Assembly (NCBI GenBank): GCA_017654855.1
Contig: CM030332.1
Span: 6,324,001 to 6,388,000 of the forward strand
Origin: Podospora anserina
Lineage: Eukaryota
Reading direction: 5' to 3'
Length of the DNA stretch: 64,000 bases
In this document: positions 24,187 to 36,000 of the stretch, in pieces
Position numbering within the stretch: position 1 is the stretch's first letter
How the letters are laid out: each line of letters begins with the position of its first letter
Translations under genes and position numbers: made by a program
The notes under the pieces: model-generated
Database searches by the model: none
Told to the model about the DNA's origin: nothing
What the model saw: only the letters and a program-made list of their open reading frames with translations

Positions 24187-26262
24187 CTAAGAGGCCATGT
24201 AGGTGGAGGCATCAATACCATCCTTGGGGAACTCACTAGTAAACAGTTAGCAGACAATTCCGGAAGTTGACTAGGAAGGTATTACGTACGGAAGAGCGAC
24301 CTCGAAGCGTTTCTCAATGGCTTGGAGGACCTCCTTGTCCTGCTCGGTGGTCACGAAGGAGATGGCGAGACCCTTGGTACCGAAACGTCCAGCACGACCG
24401 ACACGGTGGAGGTAGGAATCGGCATCAGCGGGCATGTCGTAGTTGATAGCGAGGTTGATCCGCTCGATATCGATACCACGGCCGAAAACGTCGGTGGCCA
24501 CGCAGATACGCTTGTTGAACTCCTTGAACTCTTTGTATCTCTTGATACGCTCCTCTTGGCTGACACCGGAGTGGACGGCAATCGAAGGGAAGTTGCACTC
24601 GCGGAGGAGCTTATCCAGCTCGGTAGCGCGCAGGGTGCTTTTGACGAAGATGATGACCTGGTTGAACTGGAGGTCGTCCAGGAGCTCGTTCAGCTTACGG
24701 TTCTTCTCCCTCTCTTCAAGGGCAAGATAGTACTGCTGCAAGCCGTGGAGCGTCAACTTGGTGTCCTCATCGACGTAGTGCTCGGTGGGGTTCTGCATGA
24801 ACTTCCGGCAAATGGGCTTGATCTCGTCGGACAAAGTGGCCGAAAACATCATCACCTGCTTCTGCTGAGGAGTAGCACGGAAGATCTCCTGCACGTCACG
24901 GCGCATGTCTGATAGATTATTAGCGGTTTGGCCCAAAAAAAACCCCAAATGATAATCGCCTTACCAATCTGATCAAGCATCTTGTCGCACTCATCGAGGA
25001 CGAACATTCTGACACTGCCAAGACGGAGGTGCTTGTCGCGGACAAGGGCGTTCAAGCGGCCAGGTGTGCCGACAATGATGTGGGGGTGGGTATCCTTGTT
25101 CTTGAGTATCTCGGCATCCTTCTGGATAGGAGTACCACCGTAGAAGACGCCGGTCTTGATGTCGGGCATGTACTTGCTGAAGCGGTTGTACTCGTTGCGA
25201 ATCTGGAAGGCCAGCTCACGGGTGTGGCACATAACCAACACGGAGCACTCGCCGGCAACAGGCTCGACCTGCTGGAGGGTCGTGAGGACGAAGACGGCAG
25301 TCTTACCGAGACCGGACTTGGCCTGGCAGATGATGTCACCACCAAGCATAGCCTGGGGAATGGTGGTCTGTTGAACTGTAGTCGGGCATCGGATTAGAAC
25401 TGGATACGCAAATTTGGACAGAACGATGTGTGGGAAGGTTCATCAGAAGCCCGTCCATCGTCGCAGCAAAGACATGTCGACCACTCCTCCTCCTACACCA
25501 CCAATCTTCTCCTTCCAAACCAAGGTGTGCCCCGAGACCAGCTGAGCGAGATGCGGAAAACGCGACCACCTGTCACGGCAACGACGTTCCCACGCATCCG
25601 CGAAAACCACGACCAAAGGCCAATGGATGATGGAGACGGGGGAACAAGGTCCCTTTGTGAAACCTCCCGAAGGAGTTCGAGGTATGGAGCTCGAGTGAGC
25701 AATGAAGCAACCTTGTCGCTTTCCAAGCGCCGACTCAACCCAAGCGCGACAGCCGAGGCCATCTATGAGAGGTTTCTCTTGCGCAAGAGCTCATTGGATT
25801 TTCCAGAAGCATGGTTTTGCCGCTCGGGGGCGACCCCGAGCGGTCTGACGGTCGCATGGTGAAGAGTCACCAGGTGCTTGCGCAAAGCGCGTCGACGGCG
25901 CGCCAACCAATAGCTCCATCCGATGATAGTCTTGTTTCAAAAATTGCTTTGCGTAGCTTTGCCTTTGCTTGCGAGATGGACGGACCCGTGATGATAGGAA
26001 GGAATAACGGGATGCTGGGGATGAGATTTGGTCACTAACCCTCCGAGGGATGTTCGAAACCGCAATCGGCAATCGCACGGAGAAGTTCAGGCTTCAACAG
26101 AAAGTCGCGGAAACCAGTCGAGTGAATACCGACATAGGAACCCTTCTTGTCGACATTTTGGGCAGCAGCGGCATCCGCCTTCTTGCCGTTGGAAGCGGGA
26201 GCGGTGGTCTCTTGGTTGAGCTCGTCGTCGGAGTAGTCGATGAGATCCTCCTCAGCAGACAT
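24187..26262 (-). CDS. SUB2: DECD-box RNA helicase Sub2/UAP56; exons 26262-26040, 25375-24965, 24908-24290, 24235-24187
   Basis: Motifs [36 protein letters not shown] and [10 protein letters not shown]. All three introns have GT..AG ends and restore the frame. Confidence 0.97.
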
Positions 26263-26797
26263 GTTGGCTAGTTATTTGGCGAAAACTGGAAACGGTCGCA
26301 AGGCTTGTCGTGAAAACAAAAGAGGCGATGGCGCCAAAAGTCGTCAGGAAGAGTCGCGTCTGGTGAAGAAAATAAATCACCGAGTGGAAAGTCGCAAGGT
26401 GAGAAGAAAAAGGCGCGCGTTGGTGATGAATACCAAGACTATCAGATGGCGAGGGGTTGGCGCGTTGATGAGAAGAGGATGTCAGAAAAGGAAGGGAGGG
26501 AGCAGAAAGGCGAAAATAAGGTTGGAGGTCAAGCAGCACGCACAGCCTCAAAACCTGACCGCAATCAGCTCTAACCACGAGTGGCTTAGCCAGAGCCGGA
26601 AAGGTGCCGCTTGGCCCGTGCACTGGGCGCTGGTGGGGCCAACGGAACCGTCAGAGCACAGGCCACCCTGTGACAGTCCGAATTCACTTCACTTGGCCTT
26701 CTTGGCTGGGCAAGCTTTTTCTGTGTCAGTTGACATTCACAAACAATCGTGATAAAAAGAAAAGACAACTCGACCTTCATTCCAATTTCCTTTCATT

Positions 26798-27271
26798 ATG
26801 GCAAAGGCAAAAAATGGTGGCGGCGGGGTGCAAAACAAGGCCATCTATTCTCGACTATCATTTCTTCAGCAAGCAGCCGTTTTCCTCTCGACAGCAACTC
26901 TGGACGGTGATGGTTCCAATATCTCAGAGCTCAACCAGGATCAAAACCCACCACTTCAAGGTGCTGGAAGACGTCTAGCCACTGACTTGCGCGCTGTGTC
27001 CCTGAAGAGCCGGATTCGATTGAACCCAGCAGTAAAGCAGAGCATCTGCAAGTTCTGTGACTCGGTCCTCATTGACGGGGAGTCTTGCACTTCGGGAATC
27101 GAGAACAAGAGTAAGGGAGGTAGGAAGCCATGGGCCGATATTTTGGTTCGCAAGTGCCATGCTTGCGGCAGGGAGAGAAGGTATCCAGTGTGCACCAAGA
27201 GGACAAAGAGAAAGACAGAGAGGCCGGTTGCGACCCCCGATGAACCAGACATGATGGACCAAACTGGATGA
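26798..27271 (+). CDS. RPR2: RNase P/MRP protein subunit, Rpr2/Rpp21/Snm1 family
   Basis: SRLSFLQQAA helix, then KQSICKFCDSVLI and CHACGRERRYP zinc-binding CxxC pairs. Confidence 0.85.
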   Translation: MAKAKNGGGGVQNKAIYSRLSFLQQAAVFLSTATLDGDGSNISELNQDQNPPLQGAGRRLATDLRAVSLKSRIRLNPAVKQSICKFCDSVLIDGESCTSGIENKSKGGRKPWADILVRKCHACGRERRYPVCTKRTKRKTERPVATPDEPDMMDQTG

Positions 27272-27716
27272 AGAATTCCGAACTTGAATGTCAGTTTATA
27301 ATTTCCTCGGGGATGCATTGGCTTGCTTCTTGTAGATGAGGGACATATTCAAGGCCTAGGTGCCATGTCAGACAGCAAAACCGATGAGGAGATGTCGTCT
27401 CGAATCCCCAGGTGCCCTCGATATCCTTCAACATGGTCCTCAGAAACACCAGCATGGTACTACCCAGGTGATCAGACCAGAAGCTCTCAGCGTTCAAGGA
27501 CACCAACTTTCCAGTGCCACCGTCAACAAACTGCAAGGCATCGGATATCAGTCGTTCCACCACCAAGCACCTGCTATCATTCGTCTCTATCTACACAGCA
27601 GTAACCATGCTGCCCACCAAACAGTCGAGCCACGCGTCTTCTGTCGCCATACGACAGAACCTCATCCCAGCAAACCACCCGCATTGTCTCAGAACCTGCA
27701 CCTACCCGCCGGTCCT

Positions 27717-28162
27717 TCAGTTTGGTCCGTCGCCGCCGCCGCCGCCTCCTCCCTGCTGCTGGTTCTGTTGCACCGACTCCTCCCCGAGGACTTTACTCGC
27801 GGCCATGAATCTGTGATCCGACAACGACGAGCGGATGTCTGTCAGTTTCAACTGTATGTAAAGTACACCAAAGCCAAGTAGGGTTACTCACAACCCCGCA
27901 TGCCAACTTCCCAGTCCGCGCATGGACTCGGCCTGTACGCTGGTCATACGGAGGAGGTTCTCAGTGTCGGCGAGGTTGTTGGAAAGCTGGGCTAGTTGTT
28001 GTTGGAGTTGGGCCTGGGTGGTGTTAGTATCAGCATCAAATATCACAATATCAAGGACAGAGAATGTAAACAAACCAGTTGCCTAGCTTTAACAGCCCCC
28101 CCAGATGAAGCCATAGACTGGCGTGTTTGTGTGGGGGCGCTGCCGTAGCCTCGTGATGCCAT
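27717..28162 (-). CDS. HSK3: DASH/Dam1 complex subunit Hsk3-like; exons 28162-28076, 28013-27892, 27810-27717
   Basis: Spliced product MASRGYG..KARQL|AQLQQQLAQLSNNLADTENLLRMTSVQAESMRGLGSWHAGL|FMAASKVLGEE..GPN*. Both introns have GT..CTRAC..CAG. Only a fragment appears in the ORF track. Confidence 0.82.
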
Positions 28163-30076
28163 GGTGTGTGCTGTTGTGGACTGATATGCAGGTGGTCTGA
28201 TGGCTAGGTAGGCAAAGGACGAAAGGAAATAAAGAAGTCCAAAGTGGGCCCACCGCTATAGTAGCGGGTTACGTTGTGATATTTCAATGTGGGATTTTGT
28301 ATGGATGGGAATCCCAAGCACGCGTGTTGTTCAGTGATGCGGATGGAACAAAAAGCCCTTAACACGAGAGCGGGGCCGCAGGGCGTTGTCAAACGCGTTT
28401 TTGGCGGGGTAGCTTTGGGGGGTTATAGCAGCAACAGCACTGCCTGGGCGATTCAATGCCTTGGACTTACGGAGATAGATAGATGACTTGAGAGAGGCTT
28501 CAGTCTGGAGGCTCGGATTTCGACTGATAGCATACTCGAGATATGCCTCTTGTTTTCGATCTGGAAGAACCCTATCATCCATGACTTCATCACACCTGAG
28601 AATTCAGACGAGACACCACACAATGGAATCCCGAGGAGATCATAGCAACTTCCATGCAGTACTCTTCAACACAGCATAACAACATCAACAAGAATAACGC
28701 CCTCTTTGCTCCCGTATCTGCTCCCCCGCCTCATGCCCGTCTCCCGAGGCGGACAACGTCAAGCTAATTCTTAGTTTCCGTGGCTTGTTGCTGTTCTATG
28801 GCAGCAGCAGTAGATCCCCTCAATGATCAGATCATACGCTCAGACCGCTTCGTCGTCAACCAGCCAACCTTGGTGGGATAATGAACCCTTTCAACAGACG
28901 TAACCGAGCTGGCTCTACACCTACTTGTTGAATAATTTCCGAGTTCCTGAGTGTTTGGAAGCCTCTCGCCACAGGATCAACAGCACCAAACACATATCAA
29001 CTCAAAATAGCTAGAATCCATGACCAGTATGTGTTTCAATCTTCAACCATTGTAATGCTTTGTATTTACCATCCAACTTCTTCGGCAAGCCCTTCCTTCC
29101 TCCTTTTACTTCTGTGTGTCCGCACGCTTCCCTCCTCTCCCCCCCGGCCCCTTCTCTGGGTAGGTAGGTATTACATCCCTCCTTGAATCAAAGACCCCAA
29201 AAGACAAACTGCCGCCCTCTGATAGCCCACAACAAAACAATGCTCGTAGCTGCGGAATGAATTTACCACCAATAAACATTGCATTATCGTCCTCCCTTAC
29301 CCCCTAAAGCACACACACCGTTGAAACACACAGACAGAAAAAAAAAAGTAACGTCGACCAAAAGGAAAAAAAGTTGTCATATGTACTTTGTCTCTTTCTC
29401 TCACTCAACTCTCTCTTCTCTCTTACACAATTTCAACCCAACCTCCCGCACTCTTCACCATTTCCCCTCCACCTCCCCTCCTCGTTTTTGTATCCACCCC
29501 TCCTCACTCTCTTCCTTCCCATCAAAAAATGCGATACTAGAAACACACAAAAGAAAAAGAAGAAAAAAACACAAAGAAAAACTAACATTAATTTGATTTT
29601 TGTACGCGCGTTCGCCATGTGTGATTGAGAATCTGAGTGTTGTGTGTCAAAAGAAAAAGTCAAAGAATAGTCCAAAAATATTTCCCACTTCTTGCCCTTC
29701 CCACAACACGACACACACACACACAACACGGGTTCTCCCGCCACTCCCAACTCTCTAGACCATAGAAAAAACATGTGTGTATAAAACCTGTGTAATGTTC
29801 GTATCATTTCCTAACCCGTGAGAACGAATTCCATCTCGAAGCTTTGCTCCCCTCCCCGTTCCTTTCGCTCGCTTAATATGTTGTTGTTGCAATGTTGTGA
29901 CTTTGTGTGTCGTGTGTAGATGTTCAACTTCTTCCTCCCTCTCTAGACCAAAACTGTCTTCTTCCCTTCGATCGTCTTGCCTCAGCTCGGCTCATGGGTT
30001 CGTGGGAGGTGACGCAAAGGTGAGGAGCTTATGTGCCCCATTGGATGGGTGCTCCCTCATATCCAACACCAGCCTC

Positions 30077-33070
30077 TTAACGCACTCCAATCGGAGGACG
30101 GGGGCCTAGGCTGCTCTGACTGCTGGCAGCTGATGGCTCTGAATCAAGGTGAGTGGAATCACCACTGCCCGCGCTAGCACTCGCACTACCGGTCAGACTT
30201 CGCACAGTTTTAGTCTTTGGCGGTTGGAGGGCGCTCACCCCAGCGTGCTGTTCCACCTGTTGTGGCGCAACCATGTTTCCGTGACCGGGTGGGTATCGGG
30301 GCATGGGTTGTCGCACACCATCCGGAGGTGATGGCCTTCCGTTGATTGGCGGTCCAGCATAGCCATTTGGTGGTGATGGTCGTCCCTTGTTGGTCCCGCC
30401 ACGCACCGATGGGGTGTAGGGGTTTCCTGGAGACTGGCTGGCACGCCGTACGCTGCCATTCATGCCCATAGGTGGGGGCCCTCCCTGATTGTACTGCAAT
30501 TCATCGAGACGAGCAGCAGTCAGAGAATTGGCCCTCGAACCTGCGTGCATGGCCCCTCGATCCACGTTACCGTAGCGGTTAGACGTAAAGCCCAGCAGAG
30601 GATCGTCCAAGATGTTTTCGTGCAAGTTCGAAATGGCGGGTGTCATGACTTGACTTGAACGGTTGCGTCCAAAGCTAGGCCGGAACCTGCTGCGGGTTGA
30701 CGGTATTGAGTCTGCCTCTGGGTTTTGGCGGAACTGGGCGGCATTGCTAGGCGCTTTCCTATTCTTCTTTGACGTGACGCTCATCATGTCGAAGTTATCA
30801 GGATCGATCATGGGGGCCATCGGCGTGGGGTCGAAGTAGTCTTCTCCGTCCTCGTCGTCGTCATCGTACATGCCACCCGGAGGGGGCCTTTGTGGTGGCG
30901 GCCCTCTTCGTGGGCCGGGGCCGGGGCCGGGTCCGGGTCCAGGTCCAGGTCCGATACCAGCGGCAGCGCGCCTAAGTCTCATCTCCTGCTCCCTTAACGC
31001 AAGTTCTCGTTGCCGAAGCTGAAGCTCTCTTTCCCTGATGGCAAGGTCTTGTGGTGAAGTACCAGAATAGCCATTTTCGCTCCCCTCGGGGATATCATCA
31101 TAGACCACCAAGTGGCTGAACTCTTCCAGATCCGTTCCTTCCATCGAACCTCGCCTCGAGGGCACACGTGAGTTTGGCCCCATTCCATTTGGCGGCATTC
31201 CATTAGGCGGACGTCCGTAACCGTTTGGTGGACCTCCGTTCATGGGCGGTGGTGGCCGGCGCATTCCAGGTCCGGGAGGGCCCATTTGCGAAGGAATTCT
31301 TGGACGTGGCCGGCCAGGAGGCATACCGTTCCCGTTGGGCATACCGTTCGGCATCGGTCGGGGTGGACCTTGAGACATCCGGGGCAGTGGGGAAGGCGTA
31401 GCAGACGGTGAGCCTGGCTGCGCTGGCGCCATTGTGGCGTCACCTTTCGGCCGGTTGCGATTGACCAAGTTGAGATTGTGGAGGATGGCGTAAAGCGTTT
31501 CAATCCGGGGAACTGCGACTCCAGTTTCTTGCGATAGCCTCATGGGCGATCCAAGATACGTCTCGATTTCCATGGGACGTCGTGCAATGTAGTCTTGCCA
31601 CATGATGTTTTCGGCCCCATTTCTGGCAAATTCGTCGATCGTGCTCTGCTTGAATTCAGGAGGGAACTTACAGCCCTGCGCGTCCGCGAGCGCCAACATC
31701 TCGTCGATAATGTCGGACACCAGCTTGGGCACCCCAACCTTGTCGAGTAACGCGGCATAGCTGGGCGTTTCGAACAAGACCGTCAGTGGGTGAAATGCAA
31801 TCGGGCTACATCACAGTTAGTCACCAACTGATATGCCTCCAGCTCATCAGCGTCCCCAAGACTTACCCAATAACTCGTTCGTATTGCTGCTGTCGAATAT
31901 TAGGCGACACCTTGCAATCGACCTGGCCGGTGCTCAAAGTCATGGCCAGAGCCTGTGCCATATCCTCTTGGATCGTGGGCGGAATGTTGGGGTTCTTGTT
32001 GGCAGGACCAACCCATAGTTCGGCCGACCCCTTGTGCTCGAATTCGCTTCCGCCAAGTTGGGCCAAGTCAGCGCCGCAAACGAGTGAGAGCACTACGTTT
32101 GTCGGGAACCGTTCCTCTATAGCCGATTCGAGTCCGAGTGCGTGGGTTGTGTTCACGAGGATGCAGGTATGTTGAGGCGTCACAACTGAATCGATCACCG
32201 AAGCGAGGTCGTAGACATCGGGGAGAGCTTTAATACAGAGGATGACGTAGTCGAAAGCTCCCTCCCTGCGTGTAGCAGCCTCCTCTGGCGTCCGGACGAC
32301 TGTATATCAATTCCACGTTTTAGCAAATGAAAAACAGACTGGTCGGTCGCTGGTGGGGAGCGCTCATCAATGGGGTGGAGCGTAGAAAAAAGAAGTTGCA
32401 TACCATGACGGGGCTTAAACCGCTCGTTCCCAAAAACGAGAGATCTGGGCGCAGGACCGTTAGCATACACATCATCGCACGCATGCGTCAAGCAAAGAGG
32501 TTGGCAGGGCGGCTGCGTGGGTGAGAGGTAGGTGCTTACTTGAACGAGATGCCGTATTGCGACACATGCTCGTAGCCCGTTTTCCACACGAGGGTGACGT
32601 CGCAGGCATTAGTCGCTTGGAGCCTCCATGATAAGAAGGCAGAAACCGGATTCCCACCGACTGTGACAACATTCATCAGCTCATAGTCCGACATGTCTGG
32701 CTGCTCTGGCTAGAACACATGTGCAGCAATCCGTTGGGCAGTCTGTTCTTTTTGTTTTTCTGGGAAGAGGGTCGGGGGTCGGGGAAAGAAAACGAGTGTG
32801 GTGGTGGTGGTGGTGGACAACGGGAAGGGTGTCAGGGGGAAGAAAGTTGGACGAGGGGAACGCCAGAGAAGCGATGCCCACTCTTTTTGGGCTCCCGTCC
32901 CGGGAATTGAGGTGACACTAGGCTGAAGACGGGGATGGGGTGCACAGGAGGGGAATGGAGACAGAGGGACAAGAAACAGGACGAGACGGCTGCAGCTCCA
33001 ATTGCAACTGGCGCCGGTGGATGGGCTACTGACCTGATAGGATCTTGAGTCGGGGTGTCATGGGTGCCAT
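30077..33070 (-). CDS. Ketopantoate-reductase-fold (ApbA/PanE-like) protein with a long Pro/Gly-rich tail, Svl3/Pam1-like; multi-exon, first intron 33033-32661
   Basis: Spliced N-terminus MAPMTPRLKILS|VGGNPVSAFLSWRLQATNACDVTLVWK (Rossmann-like strand and helix), then an ApbA_C-like segment MWQDYIARRPMEIETYLGSP and a low-complexity C-terminus. Confidence 0.8.
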
Positions 33071-36000
33071 GGTGGAGGCCCGATTCGGGATAGTGGGTAG
33101 GTCAAGTTTCGAAGCTGCGAGACCAGCAGCTGTGTCTGGCGGGCAGTGATCGACCAGCAGAACGGGACAAGAGAGCCAGCAGCGTTCTGCGAGCTGTGGT
33201 GGTGGCGGTGGTGGTGGTGGTGTGTGTGTACAGGTGTCCCACCAAGCGCGACCAAGTTCCCCTTTGTGGCTGGCTTGTTCTGCGGCTTCCAATCAACAAT
33301 TTTTGTTTTCTTTTTGGTTTCTCCCGCTGTCGACTTCGAGATCTCGTTTCCGCGGTGGATCTTTGGTTTCTTTTTCCTCTCTCTGCCTTCTCCAATCTCC
33401 CCCACACAAGGCGGTCTCACCCACGAGAGGCCCTCTCGGCGCAGACTGTCGCGAAGACACCGGTCGTTCCCGAGATTTCGTCCAACGGGGCTTGCAGATC
33501 GGGGACTTGATGATAGAGCGATTGAAAGATATCACACAGACCCTTCGGGTGCTGGCTCAGCAAGCGAACGAGCTCCCCTCGGGCGCAGTAGTTTAGCGGC
33601 AGTGACAATTCGACGATCGTACGTGCGCGCTTCGCAGTGGCGCCGGGGGATCTAACTCTTTGGCTAGCTTCAGGCAAATGCAGACGTAGTGCAAAATGTC
33701 AAGCGGCGGGCTGGTCTGTACGCCAGCAAACGAGCGTGACGCCTTGACGCCCAGAAGGCCCCGACACAAAATCTAGGGTGTTCCTGGGTTTCGATATGAC
33801 TGGATTCGGATGTGTGGCTGGCGGCGGCGTGGGCTGCCTGTGACGAAGCCGGTGATGATAGGCCGCAAGAGTTGAAAAGGACCGTCTTTTCCCCCGTCTG
33901 TTGCGTGTTGCAGGCCTCGCCGTCTCACACTGTTCTGCTCAAGAAGATGCGGTACAGGATGCGGGATGCGAGATGCTGGGACAGGTATTCTGTAACGAGC
34001 GGACGAGCAAAGAGTCGGGGCGGTCTGGGCAACGATCGAACCACGAGCCACGGGGAAGACGCCTGCTGCAGAGAGACTTTCGAGACACTTTGGGGTCGGT
34101 GCCAAGGTATGTGCCGTCGGCGCCGGTAGCAGCTTGGGTGCAAACTGGAGCGACTGGAGCGGACTGGAGCCCGAAAAAAAGGTATTTGCAGGACACAAGA
34201 CAGGCAGTCCCGTCACAGAGCAAAACAAAAATAAAATGGCGATAGGATTCGTAGGGAGGGGACCGGATAATCCGACAGAATCGCAGGCATGGAATTGACC
34301 TTTCTCGCAAGGTTGCGTGTTTCGCCCGTCGGGAGTGGATTCTCTCTGCTGGCTGCCCAGGGCTCTCGTGTCGTCTGCAACGGGAGCGCTTTCTGCCCTA
34401 CCCAGCAGTTGAATGCTCCCTGGCCACTGCTTGGATGGATGCTGCGATGGCAGGCACCGTCCGTCTCCATCCCCTCTGTCAATGGTAGACAGCCCATTCG
34501 GGTGCCAGGGGTGCTTTACGGGTAGGAAGGCACGCACGCATCACCGCACCCGACATTCTACTGTTGTGGAAATGTGCATTCGGAAGCCCGTGTAGGTAGG
34601 TGGGTAGCAGCCACCAGCCACAGCCTACTAAGATAGATGCCTACCTTACCGCTTGAAAAAAAGATAACAATCTCACTGTCCCTGTCTTCCACGGCGTCGT
34701 GGCATTAAACTAAACCAGAATATCTATATTTCTCAATGGTACGGTATCTCGTGCCCTGAAACGCCAACCACCGACCGAGAGGCGTCAGATGTCAGAGGAG
34801 AGCACCTGAACCGCCAGCTTCGTTATCAACGCTCCTGATGACAATCGATATTCTCGAACCATCGCCAGCTTCTGAAAATAAAAAAAAGGCTCGCCAGGGG
34901 CAGACCCCCACCTGTGGATAACTGATCGCTTGTTCCGCAAGCCGATGCGACCGACAAGACTTTTTCGCGGTCGGCCCTGGACAATTTTGCAGGTGGATCG
35001 GAAGGGATGTGAACAGCATCAACAGGGAACAGGGGCCCATTTGGCCTGTGCCTGATCGGTGACGCGGTCTTAGGCGTGTGGCTTTGAGCGGAAGCTAGCC
35101 CGTGTTCAATGTCAACATGCCTTTCCAGTGACGTGGGAGGGGCCAGGGGCAACTGAATTTTTTCTCGACCGCTCTGACGCTCTGGGAGGGCGAAAATAGA
35201 TTGGATGATAGGAGACGGTTTGAGATGGCAGTTTGGCATTTCTCGCCGTCCGAATCCTTCTCTCATCAGAGTGCGAATGGCCCGGAAACAGATGTTGGAA
35301 ATTCCACATGCTGGACCGTTGGATAAGATGACAGCTGGTGTGGTGGGAGAGGCAACCTGCCAAGGCCAGAGTGGGTGGGGGTTTCCCAAAGCCCGGATTT
35401 GGCTTCTTACCACGACTCTGTCGCTGTTTCAGGCCAATGAAGAAGCTCCAGTTGAGGGTTCCTGATGGCTCTCTTCGGTGTCCGCTTACCGTCCGGTGCT
35501 CTTCGGAATTGAAAGCAACCTCAAGTCTGGCCGACTTCCAAGAAAATCTTGTAGGCACTGTTCTTCCATGGAATTATCCTGGATTTCATATGGACACAAT
35601 CTCTCTGCTCGTTCAATAGTCCAATGGCCCAAAACACCTTGGAATGAAGTGGTAGTGCACTAGTTGTCTCTCTGATATCCAGACACTCGTCCTACGCAGA
35701 TGGATACACGCAGAGGATCCTCTCAAAGGCTCAAACCAACCCAGACCAAGGACAGAATGTTTGTTGACCCTGGGACGGCACACCGCTTGTGGATTGTGTC
35801 AATTGTCGAACGATCTGATGACACGAAGCGATGCAATGGTGCTGGCTTTTGAGCTCTGCATTTGCTGCATGCATGTTTGGGATAAGTATCGTATCCGTAC
35901 CTATGTGTACTTGTCTTTTTATCTGGATGGATGACACGGAGTCCTTTTGCCATGTCGATGTTCGGTATCAAACGATAGGCGAAGTCTCAGACATTACCAA

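Noticed and set aside
25376-26039. SUB2 intronic structure as RNase P/MRP RNA or snR30/U17, prompted by the neighbouring RPR2, a GGAAAAUCC word and an AAACCAU word
   Set aside because: I found no partner strand for the P4 pseudoknot near the 3' end and no MRP GAAAAGUCCCC-type motif. AAACCAU is not paired with an m1 motif or followed by a terminal ACA box. An Infernal search is needed to exclude these formally.
25376-26039. Poison cassette exon inside SUB2 intron 1
   Set aside because: Internal YAG sites lack a convincing upstream CTRAY branch motif, and I see no strong internal donor.
28760-29090. Small spliced gene or ncRNA between HSK3 and the Svl3-like gene
   Set aside because: Candidate frames contain stops and have no recognisable product; the single hairpin is unremarkable.
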